A stretch of 63,245 nt of DNA, filler included, from Octopus bimaculoides (taxonomy: Eukaryota), in NCBI RefSeq assembly GCF_001194135.2. It is 5 parts of 5 records of this genome, joined end to end, with 100 filler letters (N's around TTAATTAATTAA, not from the genome) between each part and the next. Parts side by side here need not be neighbours in the genome. Positions count along the whole stretch, not along the records: positions 14,412 to 29,933 come from NC_068988.1; positions 30,034 to 48,137 come from NC_068998.1; 3 more parts are not named here. One strand, 5' to 3'. The notes under the pieces are model-generated. The model was not told the origin of the DNA. It did no database searches and saw only the letters and a program-made list of their open reading frames with translations. Numbering within the stretch: position 1 is the first letter of the stretch; each line of letters begins with the position of its first letter. Below are positions 22,764 through 37,730 of the stretch, piece after piece. A program made the position numbers and the translations under genes.

Positions 22764-25447
22764 NNNNNNNNNNNNNNNNNNNNNNNNNNNNNNNNNNNNN
22801 NNNNNNNNNNNNNNNNNNNNNNNNNNNNNNNNNNNNNNNNNNNNNNNNNNNNNNNNNNNNNNNNNNNNNNNNNNNNNNNNNNNNNNNNNNNNNNNNNNNN
22901 NNNNNNNNNNNNNNNNNNNNNNNNNNNNNNNNNNNNNNNNNNNNNNNNNNNNNNNNNNNNNNNNNNNNNNNNNNNNNNNNAGAGAGAGAGAAAGAGAGAG
23001 AGAGAGTATGTACATGTGTTACGGGTATGTACAAACACAAACGCACATGCAGAGAATACCAGGTCTTGCAAACTTCACATTTTACTGTATTATTTCATGA
23101 CTAGGAATACCAAGATGATTAGATCAGCATTTCAATATTTTAAAATGTATGTTCTTCACATGGTCATTATACTTACACCATACACAGCTTGCCTGTCTGT
23201 CTGTCTGTCTGTCTGTCTAGTTATCGTCTGTTAGTCCCATTTCCTCCCAGTTTTTACGTCTCGGTATGCTGTCTGCCCGCCTAGTTGTCATATTGTTGGT
23301 GGTCCACCGGCAGACGACATGCAGGGGTGTTTTATGCTCGGATTAATCGCAACAGATCGCTTTACCTCCATACATACATACATACATACATACATACATG
23401 CATACATGCATGCATACATGCATGCATACATACATACATACATAAATTCAGAGACAGTCAGACATATATACGCATACATGTACACACACATACATGCATG
23501 CATACTTACACACATGCATCCGTACATACATACATACATACATACATACATACATACATACATACATACATACATACATACATACATACACGAAGTCATT
23601 AAAAGTAATTATACGCACTCGTCTACGAAAGAGACATCTACTCTCATTCATTACATAAGGTATAGTTATATTTACACATACGCCTACATATATGAACACA
23701 TTAACTCCCTGACACATTAAAAGCTCCCTGGGGCTGTCTCTATTCAAACAATATAGTCTGTTAGTGATCTGGTTGAATTATACGAAGAAGAAATTAAATA
23801 TATCTCAAAGAAAAGACACACACTCGCTGCAAACGCACACGCACGCATACACTCGCGCAGACATATATTATAAATATTTACACAGACATATATATTAATG
23901 CTTGTTTTTTTCTATCGCACATAATAGTCATACATACATATAAGAATTGGTATCTGGTTAGATTATGACATTTATATCTTTAACACCTGATGTTACATGA
24001 GTATAGATCACAAGAAGGAAGGAATTAGATAGGTATGAAGAAAGTCTCTTGCAACTGCTTCAAGAAAAGATGCGCAGGTGGTGCATGTTGTACAAAACGA
24101 GCGGTAGTAATCCTTATATCAGCGATCTATCTATTATCGGAGGGAGAATAAGATTATAACAGCGATTTATTCCATCGTCGGAAAGAGAATGAGAGTTATT
24201 GTAGAAGGCTATGGGTTACTAATATAGTTGAGTGTAGAGAGGAATGCTAAAGTGAGAAGAGGCAGAGAGAATAAGGTAAGGTCGTACTAAAATGAAGATA
24301 GATAGAAGATAACAATCATATCAAGGGATAGATATATGAATTACAAGAGTTAGATGAAGGTATATAATGAGGAATGACTCGTGTTAATATGGATAGGAAC
24401 TAGGTGGTCTTGTGGGAGGGAAACTGTATGTAATTGACTACTGCTAATGGTGCCAAAATAATATAGTTATCTTTTAGTCATACTTGCTAGCAGAGGTGGT
24501 GTACTAGATAAAGAATACTTACTATTTACAGTAGTTTGGTTTAGTGGTCAGCGCGATGTGTACGGAAGTCGAGAAGTGATTTAAGCGTATGATTATAAAT
24601 CATCTAACTACAACTGAGTTCATACGCCATTGTATGCGACTAGAATGTCTGTGTTTGATCATAGCTACTTAAATAAATAAAGTGTTTACTGTAACAGTAA
24701 AGGATTAATATTTAAGTTTAAGTTTAAAGAAAGGAATGCATATGTTAAGGCGTGTGTGCAGAATAAATAATCGAGGACAGAGAGATATTAAGTCTTGTGT
24801 CTTGACAGAGAATCCCAAGTAAATCTATAAATACTGTGTGCTCCTCAGAGGATAAAATTTAGTTAGACGATATTATTCCAGTTAGAATGGATAGTAAAAT
24901 TTAAAATTAGGGATTATGCAATATGGAATCTTATTCAAGGAAGTGGAGGATTTAGAATAGGAGATGTGAATAAAGGTGTCGGATAGGGATACAGAAAGAT
25001 AATTGAAGTTAGTATGAGGTTAGACGGAAAAAGTTTATGTAGGTGTAACAGATGCGTCAATTTTATAAAGGTAAGTACTTTATAAAGATTCAAACTACTC
25101 CATATAGATATGTGATATAAGTTAAACTAAATTAAATAGTTGTAAGAGGTACATCCACTTAATGTAGGCAAGGCTTGCGTTGAGAAACTCAATACAAACA
25201 TTTAGATTGGTGATATAGGTAAAATTAAATTGCATAAAGTTAGATCAGCTTAAGAAGTGAATTCAGTTTATGTGAATGAGACTTGTGTTGAGAGATTCGA
25301 ATAGCTACATTTAGATTTGTGATAAAATCGGAATGTTTTAAAAATCTATGAACATATGAAGTGAAGGCTTCGCTTTATTTATTCAATAACAGTAATGGAT
25401 TATGTGATAGGATTTGTTTGAATTCTTTAAAGCAAACCAGCATGAGG

Positions 25448-25535
<88 letters not shown>

Positions 25536-26109
25536 TATATATATATATATACATACATACGGGTAGGCATGCATGTATGTACACATACATGCATATGTGA
25601 ATACATACATGCGTGTATATTTACACACACACACACATATATACAAATACATATTACATACATGAATATATGTGTGCATACATGCAAACATGCATACATA
25701 CATGCATACATGCAAACACGCATACATACATGCATACATGCAAACATGCATACATGCAAACATGCATACATACTGGTATACATATATACATACATGGCTA
25801 CATACATAAATGCATTTATATATACATACATACATACATACATACATACATACATACATACATACATACAAATTTAAATTTCCTTTTGCATGCTTCATTG
25901 TGGAGGTCTAGTGGGCCAGAAGAAACATGTCCATTACTCCTACAGGTTGACTTCAAAGTCCAAGTCTGCTCCAATCGTTCCAAAACGTCAAGTAATTCAG
26001 TTTATTGGAATCATCTCCGTAATTTGCTTTTAAATTTTAAACACCCCTAGAGCAAGTCTTTGTCTTGGGTTTGTCACCACGAGTCTATAGCGCCCGAGAC
26101 CAGAATTTA

Positions 26110-26355
26110 TTACGGTTTCCGTGGCATATAAGCGACTGATAGTACAATACTCTGTTCACACTTGAACGAGATGTCAATCCAACGCTGGGCTAAGCCTCAT
26201 CCGTTGCTGCTTCCCATTTTCAACCAATTGGCTTGGAATACCGTGAAAATAAAGTGCTTTTCTGTAGAATACAATGTACCACCTGTTCTGGGAATAAAAA
26301 CCACGACCTTATGATCGTGAGTTCAACACCCTAATCGCTAGGCCACTTGCCTTCA
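26110..26355 (-). mobile_element. Diverged SINE-D-like copy
   Basis: tRNA-like head TAGGGTGTTGAACTCACGATCATAAGGTCGTGG on the minus strand. Confidence 0.55.
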
Positions 26356-26514
26356 AATATGTGTCTGATAACTGCTTGTATAATCTTAGAGGATCGAAGA
26401 CATCCTTTCGAATTTGTTTATTATGCAGAACGCTCCATTCAATGTAGTTGTGCTGAGTATGCATATCAACACTATAGTTAAGGGAAAATAATTCGGGTAT
26501 GTTCCTTTAGGTGT

Positions 26515-27050
26515 GTGTGTCTTGTAGCAATCTCCTGCTCTTGATTTCCAAACACGTCAAAGTGTGATGTGATACAGCGATCGCAAGTCCAAGAACGGCT
26601 CTACTTCATATCAGTGTTAGTGTCATCTTCAAACCTTCCGAAAACATATCCATGCATAATTTTTTTCTCTCTTGGTGTTAGAGCCGGAGTATGCTGAATC
26701 TTTCATGTCAAGGTTTTCTTTCAGCTACGTTAGACCAGCTGTTTAGAGGTTGTGTGAGAGGTCGTCAGGAAAAGAGTATTTCCTAGGTGGTTCACTGCCA
26801 ACTAGTAGGATGTCGTTTTCTTCGCTTTTGAGCACTTGGATTTACATATATAATTTTGCTGCTGTTGTTTAGAAGGTGCTGTCTAAAGGATACTATTCGA
26901 TATTAGAAAGTTGTCTGAACTGATCTTAAGCTTCTATTTCCTTCGTCTCTTCTTAGGCAGAGCCTATCGATATCAGTGGTTGCATAAAAGTTTCCAGCTC
27001 ACGTCAGAATCTTGCGGATTTTAATGTCCACGGAGTGGATTTCCTTTACA
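26515..27050 (-). mobile_element. Decayed non-LTR retrotransposon, R4/Dong-like post-RT region
   Basis: VDIKIRKILT*AGNFYATTDIDRLCLRRDEGNRSL...RIVSFRQHL and KIMHGY...ITSHF...QEQEIATR, recalling the DRLYL.RKEGGRGL and ITSHFE...IQEQEI.TK motifs. Confidence 0.7.
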
Positions 27051-27311
27051 GACTAGCCAAGTATCCTAAACATTTATATGTCTACCAGTCTGTCTGTCTG
27101 TTTGTCTGTATATATGTGTGTGTATATATGTATGTGTGTGTATGTATGCATGCTTGTGTATGGATGTCTGTGTTTGTAAGCATGCATGCTTGTATGTGTG
27201 TATGTATGACTGCTTGTATCTGTGTATGTGTGTGAATGTACGTATGCATATATATATATGAACATATTTAAGTACATACACTCTACGTGCGTGCGTACGT
27301 GTGCGTGCGTA

Positions 27312-27359
<48 letters not shown>

Positions 27360-27479
27360 TGTGCATGTTAATTTAGAGTTCTTGTTTTAAAGCTTGTTTT
27401 TAAGAAACAACAGGACATTTATTTATGAGACGACTCAGTACAAAAAGTAGCATTTGGGTGCAAGGAATATAAATTCTAT

Positions 27480-28300
27480 TGCAGGAAGTAATTAAAATGA
27501 AATTAGCGAAATATTTCAAATTCTCAGTTGGAATAAATATTCGAATAGAAAAGAAAGACATATCGAACAAAAAAGGAAAGATATATCATGTCTACATCAA
27601 AGACTCAGCTAAATACATATATTTACATGGAAACAGAGCATGTCTTTACAGAGCCAAAATATCAGTGATAAAATATCTTCTTAGAAGAGCATTTAGACTT
27701 TCCACCACTGATGAATTACTAGATAAAGAAATCTGTGGAATAAAACCAATATTCATTGTTAATTTTACAATGGAAGAACTGGAGAAAATTAGGGGAAACC
27801 CTACAAAATAGACTCACACTAAAATTGAACTTTCATGAAAATAGAAATAAAATGGTCTTGTGGTAGAGTAGAAATAGCAGCTCTAAGGAGGAAAATCTAG
27901 AATAAAGGATTTGTCTGGAAGTTTTATAGGGCGTCAGAACTTTTCAAAAATATACAATGTACAGCATAGCCCATACTGGTTGCAATTCAGCTACATGGTG
28001 TAGAGTTCTTTGAGTTTGATGAACTCTCAACTAATGTAATTTTATAAGAAGCCCTGCAAGCAAAATTAAATGCAATGGGTTCGAAGTGCAGGGACATTTG
28101 TTCTGAAGAACAACCAAACAATGAATGAAAAACGGTTTACAAGAACGCCGGGAAATGGGAATCGAGAAGTTTGAATCTCATGGTTTGTTTATCTTCTTGA
28201 GAACAAAGCAGTAATTGGCTTTCATCTATTTTCACGAAAAGCCAATCAGTATTCATTAAAATTTTAAAAAATGGATTCTATCATTAGAAGACGTCAGTAA
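27480..28300 (+). mobile_element. Heavily decayed Penelope-like element (RT thumb to GIY-YIG region)
   Basis: YHVYIK...YLH...KISVIKYLLRRAFRLSTTDELLDKEICGIKPIF (thumb-like) and TNVIYKKPCK near 28030 (endonuclease-like). Confidence 0.55.
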
Positions 28301-29068
28301 GTGTTAGCACTCCTGAAAAGACCAAGAATCATAACTGATATTGTTTCACCCAATGGAAGGAGCTAGAAATGAAATTTTTAGAAAACGGAAGAATCATTGG
28401 CTCTTCCGGTGCTCGAAATTCAAATTTCATTAAAAAAAAATAAAAAAAAGGAAAACGGTGAGATGTTCTCTATAGAATCCTAAATTGCGTAACATTTTTA
28501 GCAACCTAAAACATATTGCATGTTCACAATCAATTCCGAAGACTGGAAGAAGAATGAGATTTTGACTCTAGAAAAAAAAAAGGGAATGTTTGAAAAGGCC
28601 AAGGATGTGGGGTTAACAACGAAAGAGCAAATGATGGGAATCATGTAAGAAACAATTGATAAGTTCCACAATGAAATGGAAGAAAGACATTTCCGTCTCA
28701 GTTTTTTTTTTCTTTTTTTTCTCTCTCTCGTTTGATTTATATCAATAACGGTTTCCAGATTACCATTGTTTCTCCAGACGAAATGAGTAACACATCACTT
28801 TTAAATTAATCAATTAACTGTATATTTTAGTTACGCAATTATATGAATAATGATGTTTTATGTCATTGAACAGCTACTGAGCACAATTAAAGTAGAAACT
28901 ATTTCTGAAATAATATGCTTTACTGCTTTTATTTTAAATATAACATGTAATATATATTTTTTATAGATATTAGAGGATTACCATTTGATTCATATAAGAG
29001 TAACAGCATTCATGAAATATATATTTGAAAGACAGGTTGTCTCAACTTTGTAGAGTTTTATAACACCT

Positions 29069-29425
29069 GATATAAATGGATTTGAGCTTCATGAAGAAAT
29101 CTTGGTTGCTAAGATGCTTCTGGAAAATCGCCTAAAGATTCAGACTTCTAAGATAAAGGAATTCTTTAAGTTTATTTATTCAGTATAGAGACGAAATACT
29201 TTTTTTTTTTTCCAAATTTGAGAGTAGCTATTCAAATAATGCTTACTATTACAGTTTTAATAGTCAACTGTGAGCGATCTTTCATCAAGTTGAAATTGAT
29301 CTTATCATATTTGAAAGCGTTACTGAAATAAAGCTGTCGGCTTTTGCACTTACTCAGCATTGAACGTGAGGATATTGAAAACACAAATTTGGGATATTAT
29401 TAATGTGTCTGCATCGTCGAATACA
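29069..29425 (+). mobile_element. hAT transposase C-terminal dimerisation-domain remnant
   Basis: DINGFELHEEIL..KMLLENR...VAIQIMLTI...NCERSFIKLKLILSYL...LLSIERE. Confidence 0.8.
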
Positions 29426-29699
29426 GTTTTAAATTGAAGTTGATAATTATTCGTAAAAATAACCAAGTTAGGTGCAAACAAGTTCCTTATCTAGATTTAG
29501 AATCAAAATTAGAATTTCTTTTAAAGTTCCTTATAGTTGAAATGATTCATTTCAATAAATACTGACTTGTTTCTTTTTTTACTTTTTTACTTGTATTGAT
29601 AATTGTTTTATGTCTAATTTACGTTTTGATATGCTTTATACATATCTAGACATTTCTTTCTTTTCTCTTAAAATAAACATCTTAAAAGTATATTAGAAT

Positions 29700-29731
<32 letters not shown>

Positions 29732-29858
29732 TGTATGTACAGAGAAGATAAAATCTCATGAGGCAGTTTATGTGCAAAATTATAGCAATATTTTTAAACC
29801 GGCAAGTTCAAAATCAGACATACTTCAGAAATCTAACGCAGCATATTTACAGAGAAAA

Positions 29859-29921
<63 letters not shown>

Positions 29922-29933
29922 CAGTAGTAGTAG

Positions 29934-30033
29934 NNNNNNNNNNNNNNNNNNNNNNNNNNNNNNNNNNNNNNNNNNNNTTAATTAATTAANNNNNNNNNNN
30001 NNNNNNNNNNNNNNNNNNNNNNNNNNNNNNNNN
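29934..30033. other. Assembly placeholder (44N-TTAATTAATTAA-44N)
   Basis: Counted directly. Confidence 0.9.
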
Positions 30034-30562
30034 TATATATATATATATATATATATATGTATGAATGTGCATGTTTATATATATAGATACACTATATATA
30101 TATTCATATTTATGTACATACGTATATAAACACATACATATCTACTTACATATATACCTACTTGATGTATTTGAGGTGTTAGGGTGGTCTTCAGCATTCT
30201 TTTTATCAAACAGTACAAATTTACTTTCCTTGCAAATATCGATCTTTGAAACAGAATTTCCTCTGTCAAGAAATTTGAATAAATCTACATACTGGATTGT
30301 ATTATATTTAATATATATATATTATATTTTATTATATTATATTGTGTGTGTGTGTGTGTGCGTGTGCGTGTGCGTGTGTGTGTATGTGTGTGTGAGAGAT
30401 ATACATATACATATATATAGATAGACATAGATATGGATATATGTGTGTATATTTATACATACGTAAAGATACGCACATGTACATAGATATGCGTATATAT
30501 GTTTCCGTGTATTGATATGTAAATGTTTACATTTATATATGTACATATATATGTGTGTATAT

Positions 30563-30623
<61 letters not shown>

Positions 30624-32254
30624 TATGTGTGCGTATGTGTGTGTGTATGTATGCATTTATGCATGCCTGTATGTATGCATGAATGACTGAATGAATGAAT
30701 GAATATACGTATTTTTATGTGTATGTGTGTGTGTTAGGGTTAGAGTGTGTTTGTTGTCTGGAAAGGGAAAAATATGACGATCGATCACCTTCAAACAGAA
30801 TACAAGATTTAAATAACGACACACAACAAGCGAACGATGCCGTGCTAACCAATTCATAGAAAGTAAATTATTTTATCGCAACAAATGATACTTTTGTCTA
30901 GAAACAAATTCTTTTCTTTGTTATAAACGAGAATTATTTACAAAAATATTTTATCAATATAATATCATTGGTTTATAATTGACTTCATGTTTGTTTGAAA
31001 TCTATAAGAAAGAGAGGAATTGGTTTTTCTAAAGTTGTTGCTAATTAATTTGGAATAGATTGTAGTTTAATTTTTTTTAACAAATCCAAACGCTATAAAT
31101 ACACAACAACTACTAATCTTTGTATGGATAAACGAAAAATATTTTATCTCTGATAGGGATATAATAAAAAAAGAAACTGATTAAATCTATACCAGTTTTT
31201 CTGTGAAAGGCGAAGTAAAAGATGTCGAGAAGGCATTTCCGTTCCTTTTCACAAAGTGGTTAATTTTGTATGTTAATAAAATAAAACGTTTCCCTTTCAT
31301 TTCAAACTAATTTATTTCTTGCAGTAATACTTCGTCATTACATGGTAGATTTAAAATAAACATGAGGGATGAATCTCTGCTTAATAAAGTCCCCCCCTTT
31401 TGTGGTTGAAAATTGAAATTGCCTCCGGATGAAGGTCACCCACAGCCATCCCAACTGATCCAGGACAGATGAGGCCTTTTAAGCTCTTTAGTTGTTAGCT
31501 CCATACAAATCCTGCTTGCTGATAACTACTACCCTGAACCAATACAAATTTCAAAGATGAAAGAGTGGGACTAGATTTGGACAAACCATACCCACTCTAA
31601 TAGTAAGTCCCTGATGCCTTGTAAAGTAATTTAATGAGCGTTTAAAAAAGGTTGAGTGTAAACCCCTGCACAAAAATCCGGAGTGAGGGCCCTTAAGATT
31701 AGATATGTACTGTTGTATTTAACCAATATTTGGCATCTCCAGTGGCTCCATGGATGCTGCGAACGTATTGCCTTATTTTCTCTTCGTGGTGTATCCATGA
31801 GTGGAGAGGTGGCAAGAGCATTTGGTGCAAGGTATATGCTTCTGGAAACAACCCAAGCCCAGCAGGGGTGTTTAAATTACTGTCTCCGCAATACCGTCGA
31901 GCAACAGCATAAAAGACCTACCAGACCATTTACTTCTGTATTTATTTTACTGTCGTTCTTTAATTTCCTTCTTTTGCCGCTAAGAAATGTTCATGTATTT
32001 ACCACAATAACGAAATTAAGCTAGATTCATTTTCTTTTAAAAGTCTTCATCATGAATTAGAGAATTAAACCGAATCAGTTCTATCTCTCCTTCAGGATAT
32101 GGGGCAAATCAGAAGCCAATAAGGTGACATACAATTTAAAGAATATTACTCAGACACACGTAAAATAAATAGAAAATATATATATATATATATATATATA
32201 NNNNNNNNNNNNNNNNNNNNNNNNNNNNNNNNNNNNNNNNNNNNNNNNNNNNNN

Positions 32255-32296
<42 letters not shown>

Positions 32297-32540
32297 AGAC
32301 GTCGCACAGTATCCAATATTGTAATGTTGTGTAGATTGAAGATATTGTGTGTACTGTTCTGAGCTCAAATTCGACCGAGGTCGACTTAGTCCCCTCCCCC
32401 AAAATTTCAGGCCTTGTGCCTACAGTAAAAAAAGGCTATTTTAACGAGATCGAAGTTATGAAAGGCGAAAACAGAGAAAAGCAAATAACATAAAAGCAAA
32501 TAACATAAACATGTCAACATGTAGAAAAATTTCAAGTGTA

Positions 32541-32940
32541 GGCGCAGGAGTGGCTGTGTGGTAAGTAGCTTGCTTACTAACCACGTGGTTCTGGGTTCGG
32601 TCCCACTGCGTGGAACCTTGGGCAAATGTCTTCTATTTATTATAGCCTCGGGCCGACCAAAGCCTTGTGAGTGGACTTGGTAGACAGAAACTGAAAGAAG
32701 CTCGTCGTATATTCATATAATATATATGTATATATGTATTTGTGTGTCTGTGTTTGTCCCTCCATCATCGCTTGACAACCGGTGTTGGTGTGTTTACGTC
32801 CCCATAACTTACGTCCCCGTAACTTACGTCTCCGGCAAAAGAAACCGATAGAATAAATCTTGGGTTGATTTGTTCGACTAAAGGCGGTGCTCCAGCACGG
32901 CCGCAGTGAAATGAACGAAACAAATAAAAGAAAGAATAAA
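32541..32940 (+). mobile_element. Full-length SINE-C with internal (TA)/(TG) tract
   Basis: GGCGCAGGAGTGGCTGTGTGGTAAG head, CCTTGGGCAA..GTCTTCTA CORE-like block, internal microsatellite, and tail GGCGGTGCTCCAGCA.GGCCGCAGT. Confidence 0.9.
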
Positions 32941-34744
32941 AGAGAATTTAAAGTCATTGAAGCGGGTAAATGTAATTAATTTAGGAAAGGGTTTAGCATG
33001 TTTAAATGAAATATCAGAAATAGAGAGGAGAAATGTTGAAAATAAGAAATAATGTTTTGTTTTAATGATAGATTAACAACGCAAACAGAATGTGAAGTTA
33101 ATATACAAATGAAGAATCGCGTTAAATTTTGACATGGAACCAAATGGGTGGAAAAGGAATTAGGACTTAAAAACCATTCCTATTATATGCTCATCCATCA
33201 TTCTTTGCCAATAACAACAACGACGAGAGTGATGACGACGATAACAACGATGACGCCAAAAACAACGACTATGAGAAAAACAACTAAAGCAAAAAACAAC
33301 AACGAGAAAAAACAACAAAAGCAACAAGTACGATAAGAACAACAACAAAAAGAACGTCGATGCCGACAAAGCCACGAATACAACGACAACGATGAAAGCT
33401 TGAACTTAGTCAAGACGAGCAACAGTACTACGTCTACGACTACTGCTGCTGCTACTGCGGCTACTGCTGCTGCTACTCTCAATGGCAACGGTGCAGAAAA
33501 CTGTAAAAGAATGATCGGCGTTTAGGAGGAAGCCTTGGTTTATTGAAGCAACAAAACGAAGAACAAAGAATACGTTCTCAATGAAAGATCTTTAATAACC
33601 ATAGCTGGGTTTCTTCCGGCCGAATTAGCTTCGCTCTCCTTGTTATTGCATCAATGCATGTAACTCATGTTGTTTGACATCGTTATGAGTTCTCTTCTCC
33701 TTCAACAGTTTCAGCAACTAACGCTTCCGTTGTCTTTACTGTAAAAACCGCGAATTATTTGTCTTGCTGTGCTACTAAGTGTCGATGACTAACTGAACGA
33801 ATGATATCACTAACCTGTCTACCATACCATGCATTTCCTCCCATCTGTGTTATCTTTTCCGATTCTTTTCTGCCAATGTTACGTAAATTGCGTTAATTAC
33901 ATTATTCCTGAATTATTGGTGTTTCACTAAAAATTGGTCATTGGAATACAGCCATGCTGGAGCACTGCTTTTAAGAATTTTTTATATTCGTTATATGGAA
34001 CCTTAGTATTTCGTCTGATTTTGAAATCAGCGTTTCGCACGCGCGCGCGTGTGTGTGTGTGTGTGTGTGTGTGTATGAATACATATGTTTGTGTGTACGT
34101 TTGCTGCGTAGCTGCCTCGCACTTCTTAACAACTAATATTGGTTTGTTTATGTCCCTGTAGGTGAGCGGATCAGCAAAGAGAGGCCGATAGAAAAAAGTG
34201 CTTGACTTTAAAACAAGTACTGGAATAGACTTGGTTGACTAAACACTTGAAAACATTGCCCCGGGATGGCAACAGTCCAAAGCATGAAACAAGTAAAAGA
34301 CAGAATGAGACAAATACTTCAGAAATGTCATCAGCCAAGTGCCCATTTCTTGTGTCCGGGGATAGGTTTGCCAACAATTTCCAATTCCATTACCAGTTGC
34401 TTCTATATGGATCATCATTGACATTTCTTCAGAATAAAACATGATGGTCTCCAATCCCTTTCACAATGACGGGCCGATAGTGCTTTCTGTGTCTTGATTA
34501 TTCGCCCAGTCTCTTGGCATGTCACATACTCCACAGTCAAGCATTCAGTTCTTAGGAGTGGACATTCCCACCCTAATACATATCCCTTGACTTCTCTCAC
34601 TTGGCCAGTCGAAACCAGTAACCAGAGTATGGCCACTACCGTACATTGCAGCATCCGTGGGGCCGTATGTGAGCTAGAAGCTAGAAGCCATACAGCCATT
34701 TAAGTGACTCTCTTTTTTCCTTTCTTATTTTTTTTTTTTTTGGT

Positions 34745-34925
34745 TTATAAGATTATGCTCAAGGTGGCTCCGTCATTCACACGTGCCATCCTTGCTACAT
34801 TCACCCATCTTCTTTTGAAACAGTCACGAGATAAAAGTTTCCTCTCTACTTTCACCTTCCTCTTCAAGGGATACTTGAAGAAGTTGATGAGAGATTGACC
34901 ATAGCCACAAGTACGATGAAACTGG
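34745..34925 (-). mobile_element. Tx1/L1-like LINE ORF2 C-terminal fragment
   Basis: SLINFFKYPLKRKVKVERKLLSRDCFKRRWVNVARMARVNDGATLSIIL*; a second copy lies at 37600-37700. Confidence 0.65.
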
Positions 34926-34928
34926 CTC

Positions 34929-34990
<62 letters not shown>

Positions 34991-35435
34991 CATACATACA
35001 TACATACATACATACATACATACGTATATACATACATACATACATACATACATACGTACATACATACATACATGCATACATACATGCATATGTATATATA
35101 TATACATATATAAATGTATACGGACACACGAACAGATGCATAATTAAATATATGTGTATATGCGACACTCGCAGCGTCAGTGCATACGTATACACACACA
35201 CACGCACACAGATGTATATCCATATATACATATGAACATATGAATAATACATACGCGCACACCCATACATATATATGCATGCATGTACACATTATTATTT
35301 AAACACAAACACACGCACACACACACACACGTTCCACACACATACCTTGTTTACCTTCGTCGGTTCGTTGTTTTTCAAGTTTTAATGGCGAACGTTTTGT
35401 TGTATGAAGATGGACGGTTTTCTGATAACAATAAC

Positions 35436-35503
<68 letters not shown>

Positions 35504-35709
35504 TGATGATAATAATAATAATAATAATAATAATTGCAACAACAACAATAATATAAGGGTTCAGGGTTTGTAGGGATGTGGTAGGTGTATGATGGAGGAG
35601 GTGGTGATGTTTTCTTGTTGACAGATTTCTAGCATGGCTAATGATGTGGCGGCGAAATGGTTATGCTAGTGTATATGTATGTATGTATGTATGTATCATT
35701 GTATGTAAC

Positions 35710-35768
<59 letters not shown>

Positions 35769-35833
35769 ATATATGAGAGAGAGAGAGCGATGGAGGAGGG
35801 TGGGATTCATATATGCTACACACACACACACAC

Positions 35834-35873
<40 letters not shown>

Positions 35874-35876
35874 ATG

Positions 35877-35907
<31 letters not shown>

Positions 35908-36142
35908 ACATATACATATACATATATATATATATACATATATATACATACATATATATACATATATATATACATACATATATATACATACAGCCACACG
36001 TGAAAACGGACTAAGTGAAAAACGAGATCCTAAAGAGATATAGATGGGTATAAATATTTACATTTGAGATGTGTGAATTTGTTTACATGCATGTATGTGT
36101 TTATGTACACATGCACATGTACATACACGAGCACACACACAC

Positions 36143-36227
<85 letters not shown>

Positions 36228-37192
36228 CAGATGTGAGTGTATGTATGTATGTGTGTATAACATAAGTATGCTTGTGTATGTCTTCATGGCTATTCAGAAA
36301 CAAGGTAGAAAGTAGGAAGTCGAGTAAGGGAACTGCTAAGACATTTCCGAGCATTCAAATTAATAGGCACCGGTTGAAAATTGTAAACAATGTTTGACAG
36401 CAAGGAGTTATAGGGAATTGTACAGCCATACTTGTTAATAACGAGTAGTGAAGAAAGGTAATGCGTAGTTGTCCTTGAGAAGAGGTGGGGAATGTGTGCG
36501 AAGCATGAGCGTAAAACTAACAGCGCCATCAATGGACAATGCTGGCGTATTCATTGCACATATATATATATAACACATAATGTCTGCAGTCATATGCACA
36601 ATGTATACACACCGCTGCATACATCATGTACAATCATGCTAGATGCATATAGACTCATATCTATGCGTGAGAATGAGTATGCATATACATACATACACAT
36701 GCGTATGTAAATATACGTGTGTGTATTGTGCGTGGGGAGAGAGTTATTAAGAAAGGATTATCAATCTGGGCACAATATTTCTCAAACTTTCTGTTACTGC
36801 AAATACACCAGGATAACAAAACGTTTTCCGATTGGTAAAGAATTACGGATAATCCTAAGACAAGATCTGAAGTTGAAGACAATCACTAATTGACTTTGTA
36901 AATCCATAAATGGATTCCTCAGTTAATATGTTTGTTCTTTGTTTTTTCATAGAATGATATACCATAAAATGCATAAATAATGGGCTTTTCATATTTCTTT
37001 ATTTTGTGCATTTTAGCCTTACACATGTTTCAGATGTGCATTATATCAGAAACAGGTGTAAGTCAAAGGCGTACAAACAAAGTAATATGTAAACCCCATA
37101 ACTTATGCATTTTCTTATATACATATACAAACAGATAGACAGACAGACGGACGGACGGACGGAAAGGCAGACAGACAGACAGACAGACAGAC

Positions 37193-37239
<47 letters not shown>

Positions 37240-37248
<9 letters not shown>

Positions 37249-37270
37249 TTCTTTATTTGCNNNNNNNNNN

Positions 37271-37307
<37 letters not shown>

Positions 37308-37568
37308 TTCTTTATTTGCCACACAGGGCTGAATACAGAGGGGACAAAATACAATGTAGAGCTTTTCTTTTCGAAAATAGGAGAAAAATAAAATTCCGAT
37401 CATAAGGGATCGTGAGAAAGAAAAAAAAACGATCAAAAGGATCATATATCACAGAAAGATTTTTAAAGTGTAAAAAGCAAGATTAGGTTTATTCGTGGAA
37501 AGAAAAGCCTACGGAAATGAGCACGGTAATATCAGGCAGGGAGGGAATAAACACATGAGAGCAAAGTG

Positions 37569-37600
<32 letters not shown>

Positions 37601-37730
37601 GATTTACAGGATCATGCTCAAAGTGGTTTCGTCACTCGCACGCACCATCTTTGCTATATTCACCCACCTTTTATTGAAACTTTCACGAGACAAAACTTGC
37701 CTGAGTGCAGTGAGCTTGCTGTGGAGAGTG
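37240..37730 (-). mobile_element. Tx1/L1-like LINE 3' end (ORF2 end, 3' UTR, AATAAA, (TATC)n tail)
   Basis: ORF2 end homologous to 34745-34925; UTR homologous to 14120-14311. Confidence 0.7.
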
